Under the pieces are notes generated by a model. That model was not told where the DNA came from. It saw only the letters and a list, made by a program, of their open reading frames with translations, and did not search any database. This document shows positions 17,864 to 25,396 of a stretch of DNA of 56,278 nt, in pieces. The DNA comes from a virus (taxonomy: Duplodnaviria; Caudoviricetes), in IMG/VR virus record IMGVR_UViG_3300006916_000005, positions 1 to 56,278 of that record. One strand, written 5' to 3'. A program made the position numbers and the translations under genes. Positions within the stretch are counted from its first letter, which is position 1. Each line of letters begins with the position of its first letter.

Positions 17864-18022
17864 TTATTTCGAAACAGTCGCGAATATCATCGAGAACGGC
17901 TTCGAGTTGATGCCCAGCGCCACGCGATCGGCTTCCTCCTTCGTGGCGTGGGAGCTGTGGACCTTGGGACCCCGGTCGAGACCGAGGTCGCCATGGTAGG
18001 TCGTGACGACGTCCCAGCTCAC
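17864..18022 (-). CDS. Hypothetical protein
   Basis: 52 aa from a GTG (GTGA overlap); stop codon lies inside the flank of repeat copy 4. Confidence 0.55.
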   Translation of the reverse strand: MSWDVVTTYHGDLGLDRGPKVHSSHATKEEADRVALGINSKPFSMIFATVSK

Positions 18023-18219
18023 GCCACGCGCTCCACGAGCTTCGGGTCGACGGACATGTAGAGACCGCCGAAGTCGCCGTCCTTGCGGATCGCGATCACG
18101 TCGACGGAGCCGTCGTCGTTGAACCGCGCCCAGTGGGGGCGAATGGTGTTCCAATGGTGGTGACGGACGTCGACGCGGGTGTCGAAGCCGTTGCCGGGTG
18201 TGTCGGTGATGGTGGTCAT
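18019..18219 (-). CDS. Hypothetical protein
   Basis: 66 aa, AAGGAG RBS. Confidence 0.75.
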   Translation of the reverse strand: MTTITDTPGNGFDTRVDVRHHHWNTIRPHWARFNDDGSVDVIAIRKDGDFGGLYMSVDPKLVERVA

Positions 18220-18241
18220 GTCAGTCGCTCCTTGCGGCTGT

Positions 18242-18273
18242 GGGGAGGGTCGCCCCTCCCCGGGTTGATTAGA
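18242..18273 (-). repeat. Post-stop hairpin repeat, copy B
   Basis: 32 bp identical to 25043-25074; GGGGAGGG-GCGA-CCCTCCCC stem-loop. Confidence 0.85.
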
Positions 18274-18520
18274 GGTGTCCGTAGAACTGGCGACCGTCGA
18301 TCCGTCCGATTTCGCTGAAGCCAGCCGGGACGATCGAGGTCCCCATCAGTTCATGAAGCTCCAGCTCGTCGGCGTCGATCTCGACCTCGACCCAGTTGTC
18401 GCTCTCCGCGCCGGTTCCCCAGTCGATCGGGTTCTTGCCAGCTGGGATCATCTGGTAGACGACGTTCGTGACGTCGTAGCGGCGTTCGGTCCAGTTCTTG
18501 TTCTTGAAGAGGCGGTCCAT
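18269..18520 (-). CDS. Hypothetical protein (first gene of a cassette)
   Basis: 83 aa behind repeat and RBS. Confidence 0.8.
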   Translation of the reverse strand: MDRLFKNKNWTERRYDVTNVVYQMIPAGKNPIDWGTGAESDNWVEVEIDADELELHELMGTSIVPAGFSEIGRIDGRQFYGHL

Positions 18521-18533
18521 GTTGTGTTCCTTT

Positions 18534-18579
18534 CCGTTTCTGATGACCTATAGATAGATCATCTCCCGGCAGATGTAAA
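18534..18579 (-). promoter_or_regulatory. Promoter/leader repeat copy 5
   Basis: Near-consensus copy. Confidence 0.85.
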
Positions 18580-18604
18580 CCCCTATATTCGAAATAATAG
18601 GTTC

Positions 18605-18817
18605 TCAACCCGAGAACAATCGGTTCCAGACCATCTCCCACCTGTCCTCGTCCGGGAGAGCCATGAACGCCTCCTTCCGCTCATGTCGATCGAGGACCTC
18701 CTGTTCCGCTCTCCAGTCTTGGCGCTTCTGGTAGCAGGGTTCGCATAAGGCGGCTTGTGGGAAGAGGTCGCGGATGTCCGCGCCACACTCCCGACAGGTC
18801 TTGTCGTGGACGCCCAT
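18605..18817 (-). CDS. Small Zn-binding protein
   Basis: 70 aa from MGVHDK; CxxC...CxxC. Confidence 0.65.
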   Translation of the reverse strand: MGVHDKTCRECGADIRDLFPQAALCEPCYQKRQDWRAEQEVLDRHERKEAFMALPDEDRWEMVWNRLFSG

Positions 18818-18821
18818 GGGA

Positions 18822-19082
18822 TCAGCGAGCGGGTCCGAAGACCCACTCCACGATGACGCCGCCACGAGGACCGATCGAGACCAGCTGGACCTCGTCATCG
18901 GCACGGAGGACGATCGACCAGACCCGGATGATCCCCTTGACATTGGCGAACGTCTCACGAGCCGCCACACGAGCGTCAGAGATCGTCATCCACGGCTTCT
19001 CGCCTGTCGTCATGGCGACGAGGTCACGGACGTCGAAGGTCTCGCGGAGAGCGGAACCAGAGAGGGGAAGAGAGTGGGCCAT
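18822..19082 (-). CDS. Hypothetical protein
   Basis: 86 aa, AAGGAG RBS. Confidence 0.75.
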   Translation of the reverse strand: MAHSLPLSGSALRETFDVRDLVAMTTGEKPWMTISDARVAARETFANVKGIIRVWSIVLRADDEVQLVSIGPRGGVIVEWVFGPAR

Positions 19083-19103
19083 GGGAGGCTCCTTTCGGGA
19101 GGT

Positions 19104-19124
19104 GGGAGGGGACCATCCCCTCCC
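19104..19124 (-). repeat. Post-stop hairpin repeat, copy D
   Basis: Perfect GGGAGGGGA-TGG-TCCCCTCCC hairpin. Confidence 0.7.
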
Positions 19125-19133
19125 TTGTTTCTG

Positions 19134-19271
19134 TTAGTCGATCAGGACGATGTTGATCGGGCGATCGTTCGGAGCCATGATCCACTCCGCGCGGGCTTTG
19201 GCTTGGGAGTAGTCATCGCCCCGGACCCGGAGCTTCGCGCCTTTGAGTGTTTCGATCTGCCAGAGTTTCAT
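19134..19271 (-). CDS. Small hypothetical protein (45 aa, not in the ORF track; first gene of a cassette)
   Basis: MKLWQIETLKGAKLRVRGDD...; behind repeat and RBS. Confidence 0.75.
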   Translation of the reverse strand: MKLWQIETLKGAKLRVRGDDYSQAKARAEWIMAPNDRPINIVLID

Positions 19272-19284
19272 GTCGTGTTCCTTT

Positions 19285-19330
19285 CCGTTTCTGATGATCT
19301 ATAGATAGACCATCTCCCGGCAGATGTAAA
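19285..19330 (-). promoter_or_regulatory. Promoter/leader repeat copy 6
   Basis: Consensus copy. Confidence 0.85.
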
Positions 19331-19352
19331 CCCTCCACCGGGAAACAATTTG

Positions 19353-19736
19353 TCATCCCTTCGGATACAATCCCCAGACGCCCAAGAGCTTCCGGCGGTC
19401 CGCCTTGCGGGGAGCGGTGTCGACGATGGTCTTCCCGTCGGCGGACATCAGGAGGACGTGGCCCGGGACCCAGACGATGAAGGCCACAGCGCCGATCGAC
19501 GGCATCGCCTTGCGAGCGCCTCCGGCGGTGTTGCTTTTGACGTAGCTCTTCACGGAGCGGACCGAGAACCGACGACCAGCGGCGCGCTTGACGTCCTCGA
19601 TCGTGTGGAAGTAACGCTGGGTATGATCCACGCCCAGAGCTTGAGCGACCTTCAGGGCGCAGATGTTCTTGTTCGGGTCTTCGGCGTTGTTGCTGGTCTC
19701 GCGTTGTTGCTGGCGCATGGTCTTTATGTGTCTCAT
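19353..19736 (-). CDS. Hypothetical basic protein (single-gene cassette)
   Basis: 127 aa between two repeat copies; N.CAL and GHV motifs hint at a Cys-His peptidase-like fold. Confidence 0.75.
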   Translation of the reverse strand: MRHIKTMRQQQRETSNNAEDPNKNICALKVAQALGVDHTQRYFHTIEDVKRAAGRRFSVRSVKSYVKSNTAGGARKAMPSIGAVAFIVWVPGHVLLMSADGKTIVDTAPRKADRRKLLGVWGLYPKG

Positions 19737-19746
19737 GATCTCGTCT

Positions 19747-19792
19747 CCGTTTCTGATGATCTATAGATAGACCATCTCCCGGCAGATGTAAA
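19747..19792 (-). promoter_or_regulatory. Promoter/leader repeat copy 7
   Basis: Consensus copy, identical core to copy 6. Confidence 0.85.
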
Positions 19793-19818
19793 CCCCCAGC
19801 CGGGAAACAATTTGTTCC

Positions 19819-20319
19819 TTATTCGTTGACCTCGCTCCACGTCGCCCAGCCGTTGGTCTCGTAGTAGTCCGCCTCGTGGTTCATCCACTCTTCGATGACC
19901 TTCATGTCGGCGCGTCCCAGCTCCACGTCGTCGCGGTAGCCGCGATCGTGGTGGAGGACCTCTTCGTGGTAGGCACAGGACAGGCTGGAGCTGTAGCCCA
20001 AGCGGGAGACGAACAGGTCGCCGTGGGAGTAGGAGAGGCATAGGCCACGCTGGCGGCGGCTTGGGAGCTTCTTCGGGGCGGGGCGGGCTTCCTTGCGGGT
20101 CACGATCTCTTCGACCTTGTCCGAGGTCAGGTCGGCTCCGGTGTAGAAGAAGTTCGACATCCCGTTCTTGCCGTGAAGCTCGATCGCCACCAGCTCGCCG
20201 CGATCTTCTTCGGTCATGTCTTGGGCGATGATCTCCGCCGCTTTCATGACAGCCATGTCCGTGTCGGTGGCTTCGACGTGTTCGTGGGCGAATTTGAAGT
20301 GGATTGTATAGGCGTTCAT
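19819..20319 (-). CDS. Hypothetical protein (single-gene cassette)
   Basis: 166 aa between two repeat copies. Confidence 0.8.
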   Translation of the reverse strand: MNAYTIHFKFAHEHVEATDTDMAVMKAAEIIAQDMTEEDRGELVAIELHGKNGMSNFFYTGADLTSDKVEEIVTRKEARPAPKKLPSRRQRGLCLSYSHGDLFVSRLGYSSSLSCAYHEEVLHHDRGYRDDVELGRADMKVIEEWMNHEADYYETNGWATWSEVNE

Positions 20320-20329
20320 TTGTCTATCT

Positions 20330-20375
20330 CCGTTTCTGATGATCTACATATAGACCATCTCCCGGCAGATGTAAA
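20330..20375 (-). promoter_or_regulatory. Promoter/leader repeat copy 8
   Basis: Near-consensus copy. Confidence 0.85.
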
Positions 20376-20432
20376 GTGTCCACGGGGGAAACAATACGTT
20401 TCGACCCCGTGGACAACCGCGCTTCGAGATTA

Positions 20433-20534
20433 TCAGAAACGGCGCGCGGTGTTCTCTCCTTCAGCCCAGTCGATCAGGGCGTCCAGCTCCCGGATGATCC
20501 AGCTCTCGCGCCAGACCCGGGTTTGGTTATGGCT
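20433..20534 (-). pseudogene. Probable 3' remnant of a gene lacking its start
   Basis: Open frame ...NQTRVWRESWIIRELDALIDWAEGENTARRF* in typical phage codons, preceded by an in-frame stop and no start. Confidence 0.45.
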
Positions 20535-20692
20535 TCAAGCGCCGAAGGACTGCGACGCTTATTCTCATTAGTGAGAATGTCGCTTTGCACAGTAAAATAA
20601 TGAACCTCGGGAGCAAGAACAGCACCAGCAACAGAAGCAATAAAGTCAGCATTAGCGGCAAGCCTCACATTGATATCGGTGGGAGGGGTGGC

Positions 20693-21043
20693 TCACGCCA
20701 CCTCCTCGAATTTGATGTTCTTGTTCGCGGCTTCGCGGATGATGTAGTCCACGCCCTCGATCCGGATAGTGTCGCCGATCGAGGCTCCGAAGTGGTACTC
20801 CTTGGCGCGGCGTTCGGCGGTCAGCATCGAGCCGCGACCATATGCCCAGACGCCGCTCTTGTCGTCCGCGCCGATCGCGAAGCCGGAGAGGTATTCGTGA
20901 CCGGACTTCTCGTTCTTGAAGCCAGCGATCCGAAGGACGATCGGAGAGGTCCGGCAGTAGCCCTTGTCTTCGGTCAGGGGAATGTCGTGACCTTCGGGGA
21001 GGCTTGTGACCATGAAGGCTGGGTAGTCTGCGAGGATGTTCAT
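20693..21043 (-). CDS. Hypothetical protein (first gene of a cassette)
   Basis: 116 aa behind repeat and RBS. Confidence 0.8.
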   Translation of the reverse strand: MNILADYPAFMVTSLPEGHDIPLTEDKGYCRTSPIVLRIAGFKNEKSGHEYLSGFAIGADDKSGVWAYGRGSMLTAERRAKEYHFGASIGDTIRIEGVDYIIREAANKNIKFEEVA

Positions 21044-21056
21044 GTCTTGGTTCCTT

Positions 21057-21102
21057 TCGTTTCTGATAATTAGAACTTATCAACCATCCCCGCAGATGTA
21101 AA
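21057..21102 (-). promoter_or_regulatory. Promoter/leader repeat copy 9
   Basis: TTTACATCTGC.GGGATGG...ATCAGAAACG. Confidence 0.8.
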
Positions 21103-21143
21103 CCCCTATTCGACGAAATTCTCCGTTTCCGTTTTCGAGACAA

Positions 21144-21383
21144 TCATTCCAAGCTCGCGCAATCGCGACAGGTCCACTCGTCGAGGTCGTATTCCTCCGA
21201 CGCTTCTTCGTCCTGTTCGCACCACCAGCCGCACGATGCGCAACAGAAGATCGCCTCGTCGACCGCTCCTGTGACCGCCTCGTCCAAGTCATCCAGATCG
21301 AGGTCCTCCGCTTTGGTTGTCATGCTGTCACACGTTCCCCGGAGGCTCTCGATCAGCTTCTCGATCCGTTCTTCCTTAGTCAT
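21144..21383 (-). CDS. Small Zn-finger protein
   Basis: 79 aa; CxxCGWW...CxxC. Confidence 0.7.
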   Translation of the reverse strand: MTKEERIEKLIESLRGTCDSMTTKAEDLDLDDLDEAVTGAVDEAIFCCASCGWWCEQDEEASEEYDLDEWTCRDCASLE

Positions 21384-21589
21384 CAGAACCGGCTCCCGCT
21401 GTAGAGGCGGAGCTGTTGCCCAAGCCCGGAGGCGGGGTCATGTCCGTGATCCCACTGGGCGCTCGTCACAAGCTGCCAGCCGACCACGGGGACCGCTTTC
21501 CCCTGTCCGTTGATCCAAACGACCTCCGCGTCACCGTTGCCCTTGTCGGCGGCTTTCTGGAGCGCCTCCATCATGTCCTTGACCTTCAT
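21383..21589 (-). CDS. Hypothetical protein
   Basis: 68 aa from MKVKDMMEAL; GGAGG RBS; ATGA overlap. Confidence 0.7.
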   Translation of the reverse strand: MKVKDMMEALQKAADKGNGDAEVVWINGQGKAVPVVGWQLVTSAQWDHGHDPASGLGQQLRLYSGSRF

Positions 21590-22122
21590 CTCATCCTCCA
21601 AATCTCGAACAGCTCTTCGGTCTGGGCGACCGCGTCGTGAACCGCGTCGTGTTCGATCAGGTCCGGTCGGCGTTCGAAGCCGGTGCCGGGACCCATGGCC
21701 CGGATCGTCCGGAAGCATCGGTCGAGCTTGTAGCTCCACGGGATCGACTTCCCGGCGCGGCGGTAGGTCTGGGCAAGGAGAGCGTTGTCGAACGCCGCTC
21801 CGTTGCCCCAGACGCCATCCAGAGGTCCGGCGTTCTCCAAGAACCCGGCGAACTGGTCGAGGCTCTCGTGGAGCGTCCATAAGCCTTCCGGAAGCGAGGC
21901 TCTCGCCTCGTCCTCCTGTTGAAGCCAGAACTCGACCGTGTCCGGGTCGATCACAGCTCCGTCGACGACCGCCTCCTTCAGCGGGATCGTCGCCCGGAAG
22001 GTGTCCTCGATCGCCCCGTCTTTCGTCCGGTGGTTCCAGTAGAACGAACAGGCTCCGATCGCCACGATCGGCGCGTCCATCCCGAGACCGAACGTCTCCA
22101 GATCAATCATCACATGGTTCAT
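21586..22122 (-). CDS. DEDDh 3'-5' exonuclease (Rv2179c / ExoVIII-like)
   Basis: HVMIDLET, WGNGA.FD, RC.RT and H.A..DA motifs. Confidence 0.9.
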   Translation of the reverse strand: MNHVMIDLETFGLGMDAPIVAIGACSFYWNHRTKDGAIEDTFRATIPLKEAVVDGAVIDPDTVEFWLQQEDEARASLPEGLWTLHESLDQFAGFLENAGPLDGVWGNGAAFDNALLAQTYRRAGKSIPWSYKLDRCFRTIRAMGPGTGFERRPDLIEHDAVHDAVAQTEELFEIWRMR

Positions 22123-22952
22123 TTAAACTTCTCCTCGAATTCGCGAAGCTCGCGCTCCGTCATCTTGCCAGTCATGTCCGCCGGGAGGATGTCGTAGGTC
22201 GAACGGCTGTACTCCTCCGCCATCCCGTGGACGAAAGCCACGATCCGCTCCCACTCCATCGCCGACAGCTGGACCGCGTTCAGGCGGTAGTCCTCGAACG
22301 CCTCCCACGCCCACGGACACAGCTCTTGCACCACGTCGGCGATCGGCTGGGTGAAGTCTCTGATCTCCTTCTGGGCGTGGCTGTCCATCCGGAGCCGGAG
22401 GAAGTGAAGAAGGTTGTGGAGGTCGATCTTCCAATAGAACTCCGTATAGGTGGCGAGCGGGAGGACGATCCGGGACTGTTCCTTCGAGACGCCCGATCGG
22501 ATCATCGCGTTGTAGAGGTCCGAGGTCCCGCTGTAGTGCTGATCGAGATCAGCCATCCAAGCTCGCGCGACATCCGGGTCGAGGTCCTCGCCGGAGCCTT
22601 GCTTGTTCAGCTGGCTCTGGTGGCGAAGCTCTGGGAAGTGGAACTCGTCCTTCATGATCGAGTAGCGCCCGGAATACTCGTTGATCGAGGCCGTCCGATG
22701 CCTGATCCATTGGCGAGCCACGAAGATCGGCATCTTCAGGTGGAACTTGAATTCGACCATCTCGAAGGGTGTCGTATGATAGTGGCGCATCAGGTAGCGG
22801 ATCAGACCGCGATCCTCGTTCACGCTCTTCGTCCCCTCGCCATAGGAGACCCTCGCCGCCTGACAGATCGCGGCGTCGTCCCCCATGCTGTCGACCAGAC
22901 GGACGAACCCGTGAGAGCCGACAGGCTGTTCGGTGTAGGTTGCTTTTGTCAT
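22119..22952 (-). CDS. thyX: Flavin-dependent thymidylate synthase
   Basis: AARVSY, H.TPFE, RHRTASINEYSGRY (RHRx7S) and HAQKEIR motifs. Confidence 0.97.
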   Translation of the reverse strand: MTKATYTEQPVGSHGFVRLVDSMGDDAAICQAARVSYGEGTKSVNEDRGLIRYLMRHYHTTPFEMVEFKFHLKMPIFVARQWIRHRTASINEYSGRYSIMKDEFHFPELRHQSQLNKQGSGEDLDPDVARAWMADLDQHYSGTSDLYNAMIRSGVSKEQSRIVLPLATYTEFYWKIDLHNLLHFLRLRMDSHAQKEIRDFTQPIADVVQELCPWAWEAFEDYRLNAVQLSAMEWERIVAFVHGMAEEYSRSTYDILPADMTGKMTERELREFEEKFK

Positions 22953-23134
22953 CAGTTCATCCTGTTCGCTTTTCCGTCGGTGTTTCGAACCCACTCCGAG
23001 ATGAAGTCTTCGGATTCGGAGGTCGGATAGATCGCGATCATCTCGAACCCGTCGCGGCGTTGCTGTTCAATGTGTCCATGCAAGTCATCGAGCGAGACCC
23101 GGAACTTGCAGTGTTCTCCCATCTTCTCGATCAC
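22952..23134 (-). CDS. Hypothetical protein
   Basis: 60 aa, coupled on both sides. Confidence 0.6.
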   Translation of the reverse strand: MIEKMGEHCKFRVSLDDLHGHIEQQRRDGFEMIAIYPTSESEDFISEWVRNTDGKANRMN

Positions 23135-23469
23135 GGCTTCGCCTCCGCCTCTGCCACGGCTTGATTGTAGGCCGGGAGAAGCTCGTGGAGCGCTCGCTTC
23201 GCCTTCTCATGGAGGACAGCAAGTCCCCGGAACTGGGCGTCGAATTGCGCCTTCTGTGCGAGAAGGACCTTCCCGGATTTGTCAGCGGTTTGCATCTGGG
23301 CGAGCGTCATCCCGACGGCGTTCATGATCCATTCAGCCTCCGGAGCGTTAAGCTGGACGATGCCCATCGAATTCGCGTTGATGATCTTCATCGCGTTCGC
23401 CTTCACGTCTTCCGGGAGAGTGGCCCCAGACGCCAGTCTTCCGGGTGTGTCTTCGGTATTGTCGGGCAT
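23131..23469 (-). CDS. Hypothetical protein
   Basis: 112 aa from MPDNTED; AAGGA RBS. Confidence 0.7.
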   Translation of the reverse strand: MPDNTEDTPGRLASGATLPEDVKANAMKIINANSMGIVQLNAPEAEWIMNAVGMTLAQMQTADKSGKVLLAQKAQFDAQFRGLAVLHEKAKRALHELLPAYNQAVAEAEAKP

Positions 23470-23696
23470 CTTGTCTTTCCTTCTTTCAAGGTGAAAAATT
23501 TGTTGTTTGTGACGTCGAGGTAGACGTCGACGTTCTTCGGGTCGCTCTGTAGCCGATCGACCCACTCGCGGAGCGGGACGCCACAAATGGTCGGAGGGTC
23601 GCCCAGCTCGTAGACGTAGCTTGCGAAGTGGTGGCGCTGTTCGAGGACGTCCATGTAGGAGACGAACCGACCGCCGATCAGGAAGCCGTCAGACAT
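23403..23696 (-). CDS. Hypothetical protein
   Basis: 97 aa from MSDGFLIGG; GGAG RBS. Confidence 0.6.
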   Translation of the reverse strand: MSDGFLIGGRFVSYMDVLEQRHHFASYVYELGDPPTICGVPLREWVDRLQSDPKNVDVYLDVTNNKFFTLKEGKTRCPTIPKTHPEDWRLGPLSRKT

Positions 23697-23970
23697 CCCC
23701 CAGCTCCCTCTCCCGGAAGACCTCTTCGATGTTGCCAAGAGGGACGACGCGACCGCGCCACATGGCCCAGCCCCACTCGGCGGCGTCTTCCTCGAACGAG
23801 GGGATCAGCTCGATCTGGCCCAGATCGTTGACCTCCGAGACGATGCCTTGACAGACGCGGGTCTCCACCGTCGCGATGTGGGCAATCTTCAGCTGGATCA
23901 GAGCGCCCAGGGGGGGAAGGTCCCCCTCTTCTGTGTGCCACTCCCTCTCCCACTCTATCGGGTCCATCAT
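23689..23970 (-). CDS. Hypothetical protein
   Basis: 93 aa from MMDPIEW; 3' part of the 23689..24363 ORF. Confidence 0.65.
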   Translation of the reverse strand: MMDPIEWEREWHTEEGDLPPLGALIQLKIAHIATVETRVCQGIVSEVNDLGQIELIPSFEEDAAEWGWAMWRGRVVPLGNIEEVFRERELGDV

Positions 23971-24131
23971 ATGCTCCAGAGATAGAGAAGGATCGAGATC
24001 AAGACGGCGCTCTCGATCGCTTGGGCGACCGCGATCCGACCTTCGCTTCCGCCCTCTTTGAAGTAGGCGAAGTTCACGACGATCTTGATCGCGTTCCAGA
24101 CGATCAGCGCCCAGAGAAGGAACGTCAGCAT
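23967..24131 (-). CDS. 54-aa two-TM membrane protein (not in the ORF track)
   Basis: MLTFLLWALIVWNAIKIVVNFAYF...AVLISILLYLWSI; coupled on both sides. Confidence 0.65.
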   Translation of the reverse strand: MLTFLLWALIVWNAIKIVVNFAYFKEGGSEGRIAVAQAIESAVLISILLYLWSI

Positions 24132-24640
24132 CAGAGGCCCTTCCCTTTGCCAGCGGGACCATCAGCGTCGGTTCCGTCGGGGTTGCCGTTCGGACCGCCA
24201 CCACCGCGCCCGGGGTTCGAGCTGTCGTGACCGTCGGGATCGTTCCCGTGTCCGTTGTTCCCGTTCCCGTTCCCGTTGCCGGGTCCATCATCACCGGGTC
24301 CATCATCGCCGGGTCCATCATCGCCGGGTCCATCATCGCCGGGTCCATCATCACCAGGTCCACCGGGATCGCCGGGATCGCCCGGATCGCCGGGATCGCC
24401 GGGATCGCCGGGATCGCCGGGATCGCCCGGATCGCCCGGACCGCCCGGACCGCCGTCCGGTTCCCATGCCACAGGACGCGCCACGGGGCGCGGAGAGCAA
24501 GCTGGAGCCAGTTCGACCTTGCCGCCCTTCCCGATGGTCACGGGAGCGCTTCGATCGCACAGTGGAGGCGGAGAGCCAGCGCAAGCCGCCAGCAATGCCA
24601 GACCGCCGATCGCGGTCGTCAGTTTCAGGAAGTTCTTCAT
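24131..24640 (-). CDS. Lipoprotein with Gly-Asp-Pro and GPGDD repeats
   Basis: Signal peptide with LAAC lipobox; (GDP)n, (GPGDD)5 and GNNGHGND.DG.DSSNPG. Confidence 0.8.
   Translation of the reverse strand: MKNFLKLTTAIGGLALLAACAGSPPPLCDRSAPVTIGKGGKVELAPACSPRPVARPVAWEPDGGPGGPGDPGDPGDPGDPGDPGDPGDPGDPGGPGDDGPGDDGPGDDGPGDDGPGDDGPGNGNGNGNNGHGNDPDGHDSSNPGRGGGGPNGNPDGTDADGPAGKGKGL
24276..24452. repeat. Coding tandem repeats (15-bp and 9-bp units)
   Basis: (ccgggtccatcatcr)x5 and (gggatcgcc)n. Confidence 0.9.
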
Positions 24641-24771
24641 TTGATCCGTTTCCCTTTTTGATCAATGCGCCCAGTCCGGCGCAAGTAGGAGACCCAGTCC
24701 TCGACGGGTGGGTCGGTGAACTCCGACGCGGGATAGTTGCGCCGGAGCATGAATTGGACGAACGCCGCCAT
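24637..24771 (-). CDS. 44-aa hypothetical protein (not in the ORF track)
   Basis: MAAFVQFMLRRNYP...; AAGGAG RBS; coupled on both sides. Confidence 0.6.
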   Translation of the reverse strand: MAAFVQFMLRRNYPASEFTDPPVEDWVSYLRRTGRIDQKGKRIK

Positions 24772-25022
24772 CAGTCAATCTCCTTCCAGCCGTTGTCGAC
24801 GCCGTCGAAGTGTCGACGCTGGACGTCTCGAAGGGTCACGATCAGTCGATCGAGCTGGTCGGAGCTGTGGACCATGACGGAGTTGTCATGGTTGTCGGCG
24901 AAGATCATCGCGACCCGGGAGCCGTCGATCTCGTTGTCGAATGTGATCTTCATGATCTCCAGAACCGACTGTTCGCCGTTGCTGTGGGTGTGTTCCACCG
25001 TGCGGAGTAGGTCGAGGGACAT
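24771..25022 (-). CDS. Hypothetical protein
   Basis: 83 aa from MSLDLLRT; AAGGA RBS. Confidence 0.7.
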   Translation of the reverse strand: MSLDLLRTVEHTHSNGEQSVLEIMKITFDNEIDGSRVAMIFADNHDNSVMVHSSDQLDRLIVTLRDVQRRHFDGVDNGWKEID

Positions 25023-25042
25023 GGTCAGGCTTCCTTGTGTGC

Positions 25043-25074
25043 GGGGAGGGTCGCCCCTCCCCGGGTTGATTAGA
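25043..25074 (-). repeat. Post-stop hairpin repeat, copy C
   Basis: Identical to 18242-18273. Confidence 0.85.
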
Positions 25075-25312
25075 TCGCCAGCGCTTTCGCGAGGTGGCGG
25101 ATGAAGTGGAGGACGTCGCCGTTCGCGAAGTCGATCTTCACGAGGATCGTCTTGATCTGGGCGCGTTCCTGTTGCGGAGCGGCTTTGATCGCGTTGAGAA
25201 CGATCGCGACCGGGATCATGTTGACGCCGAAGTCGCCGTCGACCTCGATGATCTGGTCGGTGTTGATGTTCTTCTCTTCGATCAGGGTGTCGAGCCACTT
25301 GTTGAAGTTCAT
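25070..25312 (-). CDS. Hypothetical protein (first gene of a cassette)
   Basis: 80 aa from MNFNKWLDTLIEEK behind repeat and RBS. Confidence 0.8.
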   Translation of the reverse strand: MNFNKWLDTLIEEKNINTDQIIEVDGDFGVNMIPVAIVLNAIKAAPQQERAQIKTILVKIDFANGDVLHFIRHLAKALAI

Positions 25313-25326
25313 GTCTTGGTTCCTTT

Positions 25327-25371
25327 CCGTTTCTGATGACCTCAATCTACAGCATCGGCGGCATATGTAAA
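25327..25371 (-). promoter_or_regulatory. Promoter/leader repeat copy 10
   Basis: TTTACA-N16-TAGATT..GGTCATCAGAAACGG. Confidence 0.85.
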
Positions 25372-25396
25372 CCCCAAAAATGGAAATAATCCGTTT

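Noticed and set aside
17814-21102. Tandem repeats as a CRISPR array or integron attC array
   Set aside because: Intervals are 460-750 bp of whole genes, the repeats look like promoter plus RBS, and no cas or integrase gene is visible
23689-24363. 224-aa ORF with (MMDPA)n repeats
   Set aside because: It is an alternative frame of the lipoprotein repeat; only the part from 23970 has an RBS and looks genuine
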